Positions 53,409 through 63,901 are shown, counted from the stretch's first letter. The stretch is 64,000 nt of DNA from Terriglobia bacterium (GCA_965206645.1 CBDBKE010000004.1:864001-928000); one strand, 5' to 3'. Notes: generated from the sequence alone by a model not told the origin. A program made the numbers and translations.

Positions 53409-54374
53409 TCACCGAAGGGAGCCTTCCCGAGCTGGTTCGACGATCCTCAAGCCCTCCAGCGTGGCCTCCAGGCTCGCAGCATCCTGGACCTGGAAGGCAG
53501 CCAGCGATGCGTCAATCTGCCGCAGCAGGCCGGAAAGCACCTTGCCGGGGCCCACTTCCACGAACCGCCTGACGCCCAGCGAAACCAGCTTGCGAATCGA
53601 CTGCTCCCACAAGACGGGCGCCGAGACCTGGCCGATCAGCCCAGCCCGGGCTTCGGCCGAGCCGCGAATCTCCTGCGCCCCCAGGTTGTTGATCAGGGGA
53701 AAGCGCAGATCGTCGAATCTCAACTTCTCAAGATCGGCAGCCAGCCGCTCCTGCGCCGGCTTCATCAGCGCACAGTGGAACGGGGCGCTGACCGGCAACA
53801 GCATTGCACGCCTGGCGCCGCGCTGCTTGGCCAATTCCACGGCGCGGCGCACGGCGCCGTCATGGCCGGAGATGGCGATCTGCTCCGGTGAGTTGATGTT
53901 GGCGGGCGAAACCACTTCCCCCTGCGCCGCCTCGCGGCAGACTTCCTCCACGGCCGCCAGGGGCAGCCGCGTAATGGCAGCCATGGCGCCAGTCCCTACT
54001 GGCACTGCCTCCTGCATGTACCGCCCGCGGTTTCGAACCGTCTGGACAGCGTCAGCAAATGAAAGCGCACCCGCCGCTACCAGCCCTGAATATTCCCCCA
54101 GACTATGCCCGGCCACATAGTCCGGCAGCGCACCGCGGTCCTCCAGCACACGGAAGCAGGCCACCGAGCATGCCAGAATCGCTGGCTGCGTGTGCTCGGT
54201 CAGCTTGAGCTGCTCCTCGGGGCCGTAGAAACACAACGCCGAGAGCGAGAACCCGAGGGCGCGGTCGGCTTCCTCGAAGACCGTGCCGCCCACAGCATAC
54301 CGCTCGGCCAGCTCGCGGCCCATGCCCGGAGACTGCGACCCCTGCCCGGGAAACAGAAAAGCCAATGGGGACAT
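53409..54374 (-). CDS. fabD: Malonyl CoA-ACP transacylase
   Basis: FPGQGSQ, GHSLGEY, VSAPFH. Confidence 0.97.
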   Translation of the reverse strand: MSPLAFLFPGQGSQSPGMGRELAERYAVGGTVFEEADRALGFSLSALCFYGPEEQLKLTEHTQPAILACSVACFRVLEDRGALPDYVAGHSLGEYSGLVAAGALSFADAVQTVRNRGRYMQEAVPVGTGAMAAITRLPLAAVEEVCREAAQGEVVSPANINSPEQIAISGHDGAVRRAVELAKQRGARRAMLLPVSAPFHCALMKPAQERLAADLEKLRFDDLRFPLINNLGAQEIRGSAEARAGLIGQVSAPVLWEQSIRKLVSLGVRRFVEVGPGKVLSGLLRQIDASLAAFQVQDAASLEATLEGLRIVEPAREGSLR

Positions 54375-54386
54375 GAGAAGTCGGCT

Positions 54387-54414
54387 ACCTCACCCGAAGC
54401 ACCTCACCCGAAGC
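54387..54414. repeat. Perfect 14-bp tandem duplication
   Basis: acctcacccgaagc x2. Confidence 0.9.
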
Positions 54415-54448
54415 AATGGCTGAGCGACTGGAGGACGCCAGTCACAGC

Positions 54449-54631
54449 CTACTCCGACGCTGCGTCCACGATTGCGCGCCCTTTGTAGTAGCCACAATGA
54501 GGGCAGATCTGATGCGGCAATTTCTTTTCATGACAATTGGAACATTCGCTCAATGGAAGCGCCGATAGATGGTCATGAGCGCGACGGCTGTTTTTTCTCC
54601 GCTTCGAATGGCGGCGTTTAGGATTGGGCAT
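54449..54631 (-). CDS. rpmF: 50S ribosomal protein L32
   Basis: MPNPKRRHSK, CxxC...CxxCGYYKG. Confidence 0.97.
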   Translation of the reverse strand: MPNPKRRHSKRRKNSRRAHDHLSALPLSECSNCHEKKLPHQICPHCGYYKGRAIVDAASE

Positions 54632-54831
54632 AGCTTACTCCCGAAATATCGAACCTCGCCTGCTGAGCCAGTTCACGAGCCGCACTGCCGCCCGGTTGGC
54701 TGCGGCTGCGGCACGGCATCTGGGCAGCTAAGGTAAAAGGTCATCCGTCAAGGCCCAGGCCGCTGATTCTTAATGGCTTGCTTGGGCTCGTTTCGCAAAA
54801 CCTAGAGATCTTCCAAAAACCACAGCGGCTG

Positions 54832-55338
54832 CTACCTGCGTAGCCTCTCCCATCGCGGGTCGATCTTGCGGCTGGCGCAGCTGCAAGATGAGTGGTTCAA
54901 GCTGCAGCCGCATTGGGGGCACAGCCCACGGCAGTCGTTGTGACAGACGCTCTTCATGGGGAGCGAAAGCAGAACCTGCTCCTTGGCCACGTCCTCCAAC
55001 AGCAACCCATCCCCACGGTAGAAGCCTAGTTCCTCTTCCCCGCGCGGCACCTCAAATTCATCCCCCCGGGTCATGGTCTTAATGGACCGGTAGATCAGAT
55101 CGAAGTCCCGGTCCACCGGTTGCAGCACCGGATCCAGGCAGCGCGCGCAAGGCATTTCCATCGTCGTGCTCACCTGGCCTCGGATTTCAATTTCCCCGGC
55201 CAGCAAGCTGGCCGCTCCGTGAACCTCAAGCGGTGCTACCTGCCGGATTCCCTCGGTGAGATAGTCTACATGGCCCGGGGGAAACGACTCGTCGAACTTG
55301 ACCCGCTGGTCCTGTAACTCTTGAACAGCGATGAACAT
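54832..55338 (-). CDS. yceD: DUF177/YceD family protein
   Basis: CARCL, LPMKSVCHNDCRGLCPQCG, DPRW; upstream of rpmF. Confidence 0.92.
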   Translation of the reverse strand: MFIAVQELQDQRVKFDESFPPGHVDYLTEGIRQVAPLEVHGAASLLAGEIEIRGQVSTTMEMPCARCLDPVLQPVDRDFDLIYRSIKTMTRGDEFEVPRGEEELGFYRGDGLLLEDVAKEQVLLSLPMKSVCHNDCRGLCPQCGCSLNHSSCSCASRKIDPRWERLRR

Positions 55339-55471
55339 GGTCCCAGCCCGACCCAGGGCCGCTTGAGAACGCTGCTGGAAATCCTTTGGGGCTGCCTAAA
55401 CAATTGATTTTACCGGAAATCACGCTGATGTCAACGCCACCCGCCTCAGGCGCAGTCCTTCGCTGATTGGA

Positions 55472-55563
55472 AACCACGGAGGAACCACTGATCAACGCGG
55501 AATGCGGGGAAGAGGCCCTTCTTCGATGCTTCAATCCTAGTGAATCCGTGTCCATCCGCGGTA
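55472..55563. repeat. Periodic palindromic intergenic element
   Basis: aaccacgga...cactgat...cgcggaa / aatcctagtgaatccgtgtccatccgcggt arms. Confidence 0.55.
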
Positions 55564-55650
55564 AAGCACTCCCAATCATTTGCCACCGCTTGCTATTTGC
55601 GGCCAAGTACCTTTGGTTTCCTCACAGGCGCAGTTTAAACTACTCTGCTT

Positions 55651-58179
55651 ATGCGACGTGCTTTCGTGCTCTTTCTCGGGCTTCTGATTGCTGTCCTTTG
55701 TCACGGTGGCGAGCCTCAGGGACAGGCAGCGCTGGCACTGGCGTTGAATCGCCTTCCGGTCACCGCAGCCGTTCTGCACATCGGTGCGCACCCGGATGAT
55801 GAACACACTGCGCTGCTGGCCTACCTGGCCCGTGGCCGGGGCGTCCGGACCGCCTACCTGTCAGTGACTCGCGGAGAAGGCGGGCAAAACCTGCTGGGAG
55901 CCGAGCAGTACGAAGCGCTGGGCTTGCTGCGCACCGAGGAGCTGCTGGCAGCCCGGCGCCTGGATGGAGCCGAGCAGTTCTTTACCCGCGCCTACGACTT
56001 CGGTTACTCCCGCGACGCACAGGAAGCGCTCGCCCGCTGGGGCCACGAGCGGACGCTGTCTGATTTTGTCCGGGTCATCCGGCGATTCCGCCCGCAGGTG
56101 ATTATCTCCCGCTTTGCCGGCGGGCCGCAGGACGGCCACGGACAGCACGCCGCTGCAGGTCTGCTGGCGCGGGAAGCCTTCCGCGCCGCGGCGGACCCAG
56201 CGCGTTTCCCCGCGCAGATCCAAGCGGGGCTCGAACCCTGGCAGGCCGCCAAGCTCTACATCACTGTCAATCGCTACGGCCCGGCGGCCAGCTTGCCGCT
56301 GCCCGAAGGCGCGCTCGAAATTGAGGTGGGCGACTACAGCTCCCTTCTGGGCCGCTCCTACGCCGAGCTGGCTATGGAAGGCCGCAGCCTCCATCGCAGC
56401 CAGGCTATGGGAGTGCCGCAAAGAAAGGGCCCCAGGCGCCTGGCCCTGCTGCTAACGGATACGGTGCTTTCGGGAGAGCCGGCTGCAAACCTGGAGGCAC
56501 AGCGCGCGCAGGAGCAAGACCTGCTTGATGGGGTGGACGCCAAGTTTGCACCTGGGCTTTTGCTGGGCCAGATCGAGCGAGCCAAAACCGCCTTAGGCAC
56601 CGGCAACAGCGCTGAACTGATCGGTGCGCTGGCACGGGGGCTGGAACTGGCGCGCCAACTGCCGACTCCCTTGCGCGCACAAAAGGAAGCCGAGTTCAGC
56701 GCTGCCCTGGCGCTGGCTCACGGCCTGGCGGTTGAAGCGCTCGTCGGCCGCGCAGAACTGGTCCCCGGCGACTCCTACCAGATCAGCGTCACCGCCTGGA
56801 ACCGCGCGCCCGTATCCCTGGAGGTGAAAGAAATCGCGTTGGACGCCCCCGCAAGCTGGCCAGTGGAGCCTTCCGATTGGACGCCCACTACCCTGGAGTA
56901 CAACCGCGCCGCCTCACGCCTGTTCACGGTGACGCTGCCGCTGGACGCGCCTCCCTGGCAGCCTTACTGGTTGCAACTGGCCCGCGAGGGCGATTCCTAC
57001 CAGGTCGCCGACCCCTCGCTGATCGGGCAGCCTCACAACCCGCCACTGCTCGAAGCTCGGGTGCGGTTTCGCACAGCCGGCGTCGAGGCGCACGTCCGGG
57101 TTCCTGTGGAGCACCGATACGTGGACCAGATCTACGGTCAAGCGCATCGGCCGGTCATGGTCGTTCCCCCTCTGGCAGCGTGGCTGCATCCGGCGGTGAC
57201 CATTTTTCCTGAAAGTGGAGACAGGCCTGCCGAGCGTGAGATCACCCTCCGCCTGCGCAACAACCGCACCGTCCCGTGGGCGCCGGAGGTCCAGGCCTCG
57301 CCTGGTTGGCAAGTCACGCCACAGAAGTTGACGCCGCCTCCCCAGGGTGAAGAGCTGATCGCAAAGTTACTCGTGCGACCGACGGGAACAGCGCCGGGCA
57401 TGCTCCGGGTGTTGGTCAACGGAGCCGTCGCCACCGGATACCAGGCGATCCAGTACCCGCATATCCGGCCACAGTACTGGTTTCGGCCCGCCCAGACCCG
57501 CCTGGTCCCGGTGTCGGCGAAGGTGGCCGAGAAGCTGCGAGTCGGCTACATCATGGGAGCGGGCGACCAGGTCCCGGAAGCTCTGCGCCAGTTGGGTGTT
57601 TCCGTCCACCTACTTGCTGAAGAGGAGCTGCTGGCAGGGAAACTGGGCCGCTTCGATGCGATTGTTGCCGGCATCCGCGCCTATGCGGTCCGCAAGGACC
57701 TGGTGGCTGCCAGTCGGCGCCTGCTGGACTACGTGCGCCAGGGTGGGGTCTATATCGTCCAATACAACAGCCGGTGGCCAGGCCGGAGACAGGGAGGGCT
57801 GTTCCCTTTTGGCCCCTACTGGATGCGCCAGCAGCGCCGCGCCCCGCGTGTCTCGCGGGAAGAGCAACCAGTCGAAATCCTGGTTCCTGACCATCCGCTG
57901 CTGACCACGCCTAACCGCATCACCGCCGCCGACTTTGCCGGTTGGGTGCAGGAGCGCGGCCTCTATTTCATGAGCGAATGGGCCCCCGAGTACACACCGC
58001 TGCTGGCTTCACACGACCCCGGTGAGCCGCCACAAAAGGGTGGCATGCTCGTCGCCCGCTTCGGCAAAGGGCTCTATGTCTACACCGGCTATTCCTGGTT
58101 CCGGCAGCTGCCCGCCGGCGTGCCCGGCGCCTATCGGATCTGGGCTAATCTGCTGAGCGCCGCAAAGCTTAAAAAATGA
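55651..58179 (+). CDS. PIG-L/LmbE family deacetylase with Ig-like and C-terminal GATase-like domains
   Basis: GAHPDDE, TRGEGGQN, HGQH, WVQERGLYF, RQLPAGVPGAYR. Confidence 0.92.
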   Translation: MRRAFVLFLGLLIAVLCHGGEPQGQAALALALNRLPVTAAVLHIGAHPDDEHTALLAYLARGRGVRTAYLSVTRGEGGQNLLGAEQYEALGLLRTEELLAARRLDGAEQFFTRAYDFGYSRDAQEALARWGHERTLSDFVRVIRRFRPQVIISRFAGGPQDGHGQHAAAGLLAREAFRAAADPARFPAQIQAGLEPWQAAKLYITVNRYGPAASLPLPEGALEIEVGDYSSLLGRSYAELAMEGRSLHRSQAMGVPQRKGPRRLALLLTDTVLSGEPAANLEAQRAQEQDLLDGVDAKFAPGLLLGQIERAKTALGTGNSAELIGALARGLELARQLPTPLRAQKEAEFSAALALAHGLAVEALVGRAELVPGDSYQISVTAWNRAPVSLEVKEIALDAPASWPVEPSDWTPTTLEYNRAASRLFTVTLPLDAPPWQPYWLQLAREGDSYQVADPSLIGQPHNPPLLEARVRFRTAGVEAHVRVPVEHRYVDQIYGQAHRPVMVVPPLAAWLHPAVTIFPESGDRPAEREITLRLRNNRTVPWAPEVQASPGWQVTPQKLTPPPQGEELIAKLLVRPTGTAPGMLRVLVNGAVATGYQAIQYPHIRPQYWFRPAQTRLVPVSAKVAEKLRVGYIMGAGDQVPEALRQLGVSVHLLAEEELLAGKLGRFDAIVAGIRAYAVRKDLVAASRRLLDYVRQGGVYIVQYNSRWPGRRQGGLFPFGPYWMRQQRRAPRVSREEQPVEILVPDHPLLTTPNRITAADFAGWVQERGLYFMSEWAPEYTPLLASHDPGEPPQKGGMLVARFGKGLYVYTGYSWFRQLPAGVPGAYRIWANLLSAAKLKK

Positions 58180-58185
58180 CAAGGC

Positions 58186-58270
58186 CAACACAAAGGCGCA
58201 AAGACCCAAAGGCCACGAAGATTCGGCGCAGCGAACTTCGTGATCTTCGTGTCTTGGTGTCTTCGTGTTG
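58186..58270. repeat. Palindromic 8-9-mer periodic element (CACGAAG/CTTCGTG)
   Basis: caacacaaag gcgcaaag acccaaag gccacgaag ... cttcgtgat cttcgtgt cttggtgt cttcgtgttg. Confidence 0.8.
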
Positions 58271-58297
58271 TCTTGCGCTGAGTCACCTCTCCCCGTA

Positions 58298-59668
58298 ATG
58301 ACTGACCCACAAGAGCAACCGGAGCTGATTCGCGGCATCGGTCTGCGTGAAGCGATCGCGCTGAACGTCAACAATATGATCGGCATCGGGCCGTTCATCA
58401 CCATCCCCTTACTGGTGTCCTCGATGCACGGTCCGCAGGCCATGCTCGGCTGGATCGTGGGGGCGCTGCTGGCCACATGCGATGGCCTGGTGTGGGCTGA
58501 GCTGAGCACGTCGCTGCCGGGCTCCGGCGGCACTTATGTCTACCTGCGAGAAGCCTATGGGAGGCGCGGCGGGCGCCTGATGTCGTTTCTGTTCATCTGG
58601 CAGGTCTGCTTTCACGCTCCGCTGTCGTTCGCCTCGGGCAGCATCGGCTTTTCGATCTACCTCAGCTACCTGCTGCCGTGGCTGACAACGATGCAAAAGA
58701 AGGGGATTGCGGTGGCCATTGCGCTGCTGGTGACCCTGTTGCTCTACCGCCGCATCACCACGATCGGCAAAATGGCGGTGTTCATGCTAGGGGGAGTGCT
58801 GCTGACCCTGGGCATGACCATTGTGGCCGGCCTGAAAAATTTTGAACTAGCCCGAGCGCTGGATTTTCCGCCCGGCGCCTTCGATCTGGGCCAGGGCGCC
58901 TTCTGGCTCGGGCTGGGGAGCGCGTCGCTGATCGCCGTCTACGATTACCTGGGCTACTACAACGTTTGCTACGTGGGTGGGGAGGTCAAAAACCCCGAGC
59001 GCACCTTTCCCCGGTCCATCTTGGCTTCGGTGGCGGTTGTGGCCGTGATCTACCTGGTGATGAACTTCACCCTGCTGGGCAGCATCCCCTGGCAGGAGCT
59101 GGAACAAATCCAGTTCCCGATGTCGGTCCTCATGGAGCGCGCATTTGGGTCGGGGGCGGCACAGTTGGTTACCGTGTTAATCCTGTGGACCGCTTTCGCC
59201 TCAATCTTCTCGGTTCTGCTGGGCAGCTCGAGGATCCCTTACGCGGCTGCGCTGGACGGCAACTTCTTCCGCTCCTTCGCCCGGCTGCACCCGAAGGAGC
59301 GCTTCCCGCAAGTCTCGCTGGTGGTGATCGGCTGCACGGCCGCGGTTTTCAGCCTGTTCTCGCTGGGGGCGGTGATCAAGACGCTCATCGTGATCCGAGT
59401 CGTGGTGCAGTTCCTGGGACAAACGGTAGGCTTGCTACTGCTGCGACGCCACCGTCGCGACCTGCCTCGCCCCTTCCGCATGTGGGCCTACCCCCTGCCC
59501 GCTTTGGCAAGTATCTTGCTGTGGATCTATATCTTCGTGACGCAGAGGACCTACATGTTGTGGGCCGTAGCCCTGCTGGTCGCCGGCTTGGGGGCTTTCC
59601 TGCTGCACGCCCGCTCCCAGCGTGAGTGGCCGTTTGAGACGCCAGCCGCGGGGCAACAACAGGAGTAG
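58298..59668 (+). CDS. APC-family amino acid permease
   Basis: MIGIGPF, AELSTSLPGSGGTYVYLREAYG, GGEVKNPERTFPRSI, RPFRMW. Confidence 0.92.
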   Translation: MTDPQEQPELIRGIGLREAIALNVNNMIGIGPFITIPLLVSSMHGPQAMLGWIVGALLATCDGLVWAELSTSLPGSGGTYVYLREAYGRRGGRLMSFLFIWQVCFHAPLSFASGSIGFSIYLSYLLPWLTTMQKKGIAVAIALLVTLLLYRRITTIGKMAVFMLGGVLLTLGMTIVAGLKNFELARALDFPPGAFDLGQGAFWLGLGSASLIAVYDYLGYYNVCYVGGEVKNPERTFPRSILASVAVVAVIYLVMNFTLLGSIPWQELEQIQFPMSVLMERAFGSGAAQLVTVLILWTAFASIFSVLLGSSRIPYAAALDGNFFRSFARLHPKERFPQVSLVVIGCTAAVFSLFSLGAVIKTLIVIRVVVQFLGQTVGLLLLRRHRRDLPRPFRMWAYPLPALASILLWIYIFVTQRTYMLWAVALLVAGLGAFLLHARSQREWPFETPAAGQQQE

Positions 59669-59688
59669 GCAACAACAGGAGTAGGCAA
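59652..59688. repeat. Perfect 16-bp tandem duplication spanning the stop codon
   Basis: ggcaacaacaggagta x2 + ggcaa. Confidence 0.9.
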
Positions 59689-59790
59689 ATTCTTCGCTAA
59701 GAGGCGTCCTGAAGCTTTGGCTTCTCCAAGAATCAATATGAGACAGAGCCGGCACCGCTCGCTGCCTTCAGCCAAAAAAAAGCCAAACTG

Positions 59791-59819
59791 TAGACATTTT
59801 CCAGCAGGCCGGTTAGCAT
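59791..59819 (+). promoter_or_regulatory. Sigma70-type promoter TAGACA-N17-TAGCAT
   Basis: -10 ends 9 nt before ATG 59829. Confidence 0.5.
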
Positions 59820-59828
59820 AGTCAGAGC

Positions 59829-60569
59829 ATGCCTTATTACGCCTATTGCATCCTTCGACTTGCCCCAGACCAAGAGTGGACCGTTTTCCCCGGCGTGGCC
59901 GAGCGGCCGGTGTTCCCGGTCCGCGAAGGCCGGCTAGTGATGCTGGTCAGCCGCTTGGAAGGCAACTTCAGCGCCAACGCTCACAGTATCATCCAGCACG
60001 ACCGCGCGGTGCACCGCGTCTTCGAGAAACACACGGTGCTGCCTTTCCGGTTCGGAACCGTATTTGAGAGCGAGAAGCAGGTCCGCCAGGTTCTGCTGGC
60101 CAATCGGGCCGAATTCCGGGAAGCGATGAACCGGCTGCGCGACAAAGTCGAAATGCACGTCAATCTGCTGTTCGCCACTGACGGGACCAGGGCCACGGGG
60201 AAGGCCACCAAGGCTCATCACCCGCCGGACGAACCGGAGTTGACGCGCCGGGCCACCCGCCGACTGGCCGATTTGTTCGAACCGTTGGAAGAGCAGATTT
60301 CCGTGCGGCCGCTGAAAAACGGCGACGCGCTGGTGCATTTTGCTCACCTGATTGAAGGCAGCCAGGTGAGTCACTACCAGCGTATCCATTCCGCTGCGGC
60401 TGGACGGATGAAGGACTGCCAATTGCTGCTCAGCGGGCCCTGGCTGCCCTACCATTTCCTGCCCTTAGCCATCCGCATCCCGGCCGCTTCGGAAGTTGCC
60501 GCCAACGGCAGGCGGCGAATGCCCCGCCGGGTTACCGCAGCGCCTCAAGCCCGGGCGGCAAGAGCCTGA
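59829..60569 (+). CDS. GvpL/GvpF family protein (no other gvp genes in the window)
   Basis: YYAYCI, HDRAVHRVF..TVLPFRFGTVF, SGPWLPYHF. Confidence 0.85.
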   Translation: MPYYAYCILRLAPDQEWTVFPGVAERPVFPVREGRLVMLVSRLEGNFSANAHSIIQHDRAVHRVFEKHTVLPFRFGTVFESEKQVRQVLLANRAEFREAMNRLRDKVEMHVNLLFATDGTRATGKATKAHHPPDEPELTRRATRRLADLFEPLEEQISVRPLKNGDALVHFAHLIEGSQVSHYQRIHSAAAGRMKDCQLLLSGPWLPYHFLPLAIRIPAASEVAANGRRRMPRRVTAAPQARAARA

Positions 60570-60618
60570 GCCCCAGGCCACACAGCACCAGCAAACGCGC
60601 GACTCTGAGGAGGATTGC

Positions 60619-62946
60619 ATGACAGCTATGGCGAACGCCACAAACCTGGGATTTCCTCGCATTGGACTCAGGCGCGAACTGAAGAAGGCCGCGGAGGGCT
60701 ACTGGTCCGGCAAGACCGACCAGGAGACGCTGGTGGCCTGCGGGCGAGAGTTGCGCGCGCAAAACTGGCGCCTGCAGCAGCAAATGGGGATTCACCACAT
60801 TCCGTCCAACGACTTTTCCTTCTACGACCACGTGCTGGACACCTGTGCTCTGGTGGGCGCTGTCCCGGAACGGTTTGGCTGGCGGGGCGAGCAGGTGGAC
60901 CCGGACACTTACTTCGCCATGGCGCGCGGCGTCCAGAAAAAATCCGGCAGCGCGGCGGTGGATGCGCCCGCCATGGAAATGACCAAGTGGTTTGATACCA
61001 ACTACCACTACATCGTTCCCGAATTCCAGCCGGGGCAAGGCTTCCGGCTCAGCTCTGAAAAGCCGTTCGCCGAGTTCCGGGAAGCGCGCGAGCTGGGGAT
61101 CCAGACCCGCCCTGTATTGCTGGGGCCGGTGTCGTTCCTGCTGCTGGGTAAAACGCATGGCACGCAATTCAACCGGCTGAGCCTTCTGGACGCTCTGCTG
61201 CCGGTCTACGAGGAAGTCCTGCGGCGGCTGGTGGCCGAGGGAGCGGAGTGGATTCAGGTGGACGAACCGTGCCTGGCCCTGGACCGTGAATCGGAAGAAT
61301 TAAAGGCTTATCAGAGAGCCTATAAGCGTCTGGCCGGAGTCCAGGGAGGCAGGCTGTTGCTGGCGACCTATTTTGAGAGCCTAGGCCAGAACCTGGCCAC
61401 CGCCGCACAACTGCCGGTTGCCGCCCTCCACCTGGACCTGGTGCGCGCGCCGCAACAGCTTGAGTCGGCCCTCAAGGCCGTCCCCGACTCCATGAGCCTT
61501 TCGATGGGGGTCGTGGACGGGCGGAATATCTGGAAGACCGACCTTGAGTCGGCGTTGAAAGTTTTGCGGCACGCCCGAGCGCAACTGGGGGCCGAGCGCT
61601 TGCTCGTCTCGCCCTCCTGCTCGCTGCTCCATGTTCCGCTGGATCTGGATCTGGAACAGAAGCTGGACCCCGAGTTGCGCCAGTGGCTCTCGTTTGCCAA
61701 ACAAAAGCTGGTCGAGGTGGTGACTCTGGTCCGGGCGCTCAACGAAGGAGAACACGCGGTGCGTGAGCTGCTGGACTCCAATGGCCGCTCCAATGCCAGT
61801 CGGCGGACTTCCTCGCGCATTCACGATCCCCAGGTGAAAGCCAGGGTGGCTGCCGTTCGTCCCGAGGATGCCAGGCGTCGGAACTCCTTCTCCGTCCGGC
61901 AAGCCGGGCAGCGGGCCCGCCTGCAATTGCCAGCTTTCCCCACCACCACCATCGGATCGTTTCCGCAGACCCCAGAAATCCGCGCCAGCCGCCTGGCCTT
62001 CCGGCGCCGCGAGATCAACGAGGGCGAATACGCAGACCGGATGAAGGCGGAGATCGCAGCCGTGGTGCGGAAGCAGGAAGAAATGGGCTTGGACGTGCTC
62101 GTGCACGGCGAGGCTGAACGCAACGACATGGTGGAGTATTTCGGGGAGCAGATGCGCGGCTTCGTCTTCACCCAAAACGCCTGGGTGCAGTCCTACGGCT
62201 CGCGGTACGTCAAGCCGCCCATCCTTTATGGCGACGTCTCACGGCCCAAGCCCATGACGGTCCCCTGGACCCAATACGCCCAGTCGCTAACCAGCAAGCC
62301 GATGAAGGGCATGCTGACCGGACCGATCACCATCCTGCAATGGTCGTTCGTGCGCGACGACCAGCCACGCAGTGAAACGGCCCGGCAGATTGCCCTGGCC
62401 CTGCGTGATGAGGTGGTGGACCTGGAGCAGGCCGGCATGCGCATCATCCAGATTGACGAGCCTGCGCTGAGGGAAGGACTGCCGCTGCGGCACCCCGACT
62501 GGTCCGCCTACCTGGCCTGGGCGGTCGAATGCTTCCGGCTGACTTCCAGCGGCGTGCGAGACGAAACACAGATCCAGACCCACATGTGCTACGCCGACTT
62601 CCAGGACATCATCGAGTCCATCGCGGCGATGGACGCCGACGTGATCCTGATCGAGTGCTCCCGCTCCCAGATGGAATTGCTGGACGTGTTCGCCCGCTAC
62701 CGCTACCCGAATGAGATCGGCCCAGGTGTCTATGACATCCATTCCCCGCGCGTGCCTTCGCCGGAGGAGATGGAAGGCTTGCTGGAGAAGGCCTGTGCCG
62801 TGCTGGCGCCCCAGCAGATTTGGGTCAACCCGGACTGCGGGCTGAAGACGCGCCGCTGGGCGGAGGTGACGCCCTCACTGCAGAACATGGTGCAGGCTGC
62901 GCGCACCTTGCGCGCCCGGGTCAGCGAAAGCCACGCCACACGCTGA
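60619..62946 (+). CDS. metE: Cobalamin-independent methionine synthase
   Basis: LGFPRIG, MTKWFDTNYHY, TTTIGSFPQT, THMCY, WVNPDCGLKTR; GAGGAGG RBS. Confidence 0.97.
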   Translation: MTAMANATNLGFPRIGLRRELKKAAEGYWSGKTDQETLVACGRELRAQNWRLQQQMGIHHIPSNDFSFYDHVLDTCALVGAVPERFGWRGEQVDPDTYFAMARGVQKKSGSAAVDAPAMEMTKWFDTNYHYIVPEFQPGQGFRLSSEKPFAEFREARELGIQTRPVLLGPVSFLLLGKTHGTQFNRLSLLDALLPVYEEVLRRLVAEGAEWIQVDEPCLALDRESEELKAYQRAYKRLAGVQGGRLLLATYFESLGQNLATAAQLPVAALHLDLVRAPQQLESALKAVPDSMSLSMGVVDGRNIWKTDLESALKVLRHARAQLGAERLLVSPSCSLLHVPLDLDLEQKLDPELRQWLSFAKQKLVEVVTLVRALNEGEHAVRELLDSNGRSNASRRTSSRIHDPQVKARVAAVRPEDARRRNSFSVRQAGQRARLQLPAFPTTTIGSFPQTPEIRASRLAFRRREINEGEYADRMKAEIAAVVRKQEEMGLDVLVHGEAERNDMVEYFGEQMRGFVFTQNAWVQSYGSRYVKPPILYGDVSRPKPMTVPWTQYAQSLTSKPMKGMLTGPITILQWSFVRDDQPRSETARQIALALRDEVVDLEQAGMRIIQIDEPALREGLPLRHPDWSAYLAWAVECFRLTSSGVRDETQIQTHMCYADFQDIIESIAAMDADVILIECSRSQMELLDVFARYRYPNEIGPGVYDIHSPRVPSPEEMEGLLEKACAVLAPQQIWVNPDCGLKTRRWAEVTPSLQNMVQAARTLRARVSESHATR

Positions 62947-63217
62947 AGCCTCTTCCTACTTCTGGGGCGGCGCGGAGATTTCAATCTGCCCCGGTCCAAC
63001 CAGCCCTGCCACCTGCCCAGCCAAGCTACCTGCATGACAGCGCGGACCGACGGCTCGGCCTTGAAGTACTCGGTGTAGACCCGGATTCCTCAGAGGAATC
63101 GCGGCAGCTATCCGATTCGGCAAAGGCCCGCGAGTTACATAAGCAGAACTACTCCCGGCGCGGCCGACATCACAAAGGCCACAACAGAGTGCTATACTCG
63201 TCGAAGGCCTATCTGAA

Positions 63218-63901
63218 ATGCGCTTCGTCATCGCTTTCTTGCTGCTGTTGGTGCCCGCTTCGGCACAAGACGTCATCCAAGCACGGTTCTGGGAAAAAGA
63301 GGCGATGCCGGGTGCGCGTCCGAACAAGGGCATGTGGAAGAAGGCGCGGCCCGTCGTTTTCCAGCAAGATTGGAGGGGAGACACGCTGGTGGGTCACAAA
63401 ACCACTGTCCGCGCTCTGTGGACGGCCGACGATCTGTGGCTGCTGTTCCAGTGCGACTTCGACAGCGTGACCATCGGCCCGAACCCGCGGACAACCAAAG
63501 AAACCGAGCAGCTGTCGACCAGCTCCGACGTAGCCCTGGCCCTCATCGCACCCAACCCCGGCGACCTGCTTCGCTACAAGACGTTCCAGGTGAGCCCGGT
63601 GGGGGAGTGGGTCGACGTGCACGTTGACCGCGAAACCAACAACTACGATACGACCTGGAACTCCGGAATTCGCAGCGTAGCACGCATTGACTCGGCCAAG
63701 CACACCTGGTGGGCGGAGCTGACCATCCCCTTGAAGGCTTTTGAAGTTCCCCCGCCTACGGATGGAACGCGGTGGCGGTTGAATTTCTTCCGCATCGAGC
63801 ACGGCCCGCCGCGCCGCTCAATCGCCTGGAAGCCCACCTACACCTCGAAACCGAATTTTCACGTCCCACAAGTCTTCGGGTGGCTGTTGTTCCGCCAGTA
63901 A
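63218..63901 (+). CDS. Secreted CBM9/DOMON-like carbohydrate-binding family protein
   Basis: Signal peptide; VRALWTADDLW, WWAELTIPL, WRLNFFRI, NFHVP. Confidence 0.8.
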   Translation: MRFVIAFLLLLVPASAQDVIQARFWEKEAMPGARPNKGMWKKARPVVFQQDWRGDTLVGHKTTVRALWTADDLWLLFQCDFDSVTIGPNPRTTKETEQLSTSSDVALALIAPNPGDLLRYKTFQVSPVGEWVDVHVDRETNNYDTTWNSGIRSVARIDSAKHTWWAELTIPLKAFEVPPPTDGTRWRLNFFRIEHGPPRRSIAWKPTYTSKPNFHVPQVFGWLLFRQ

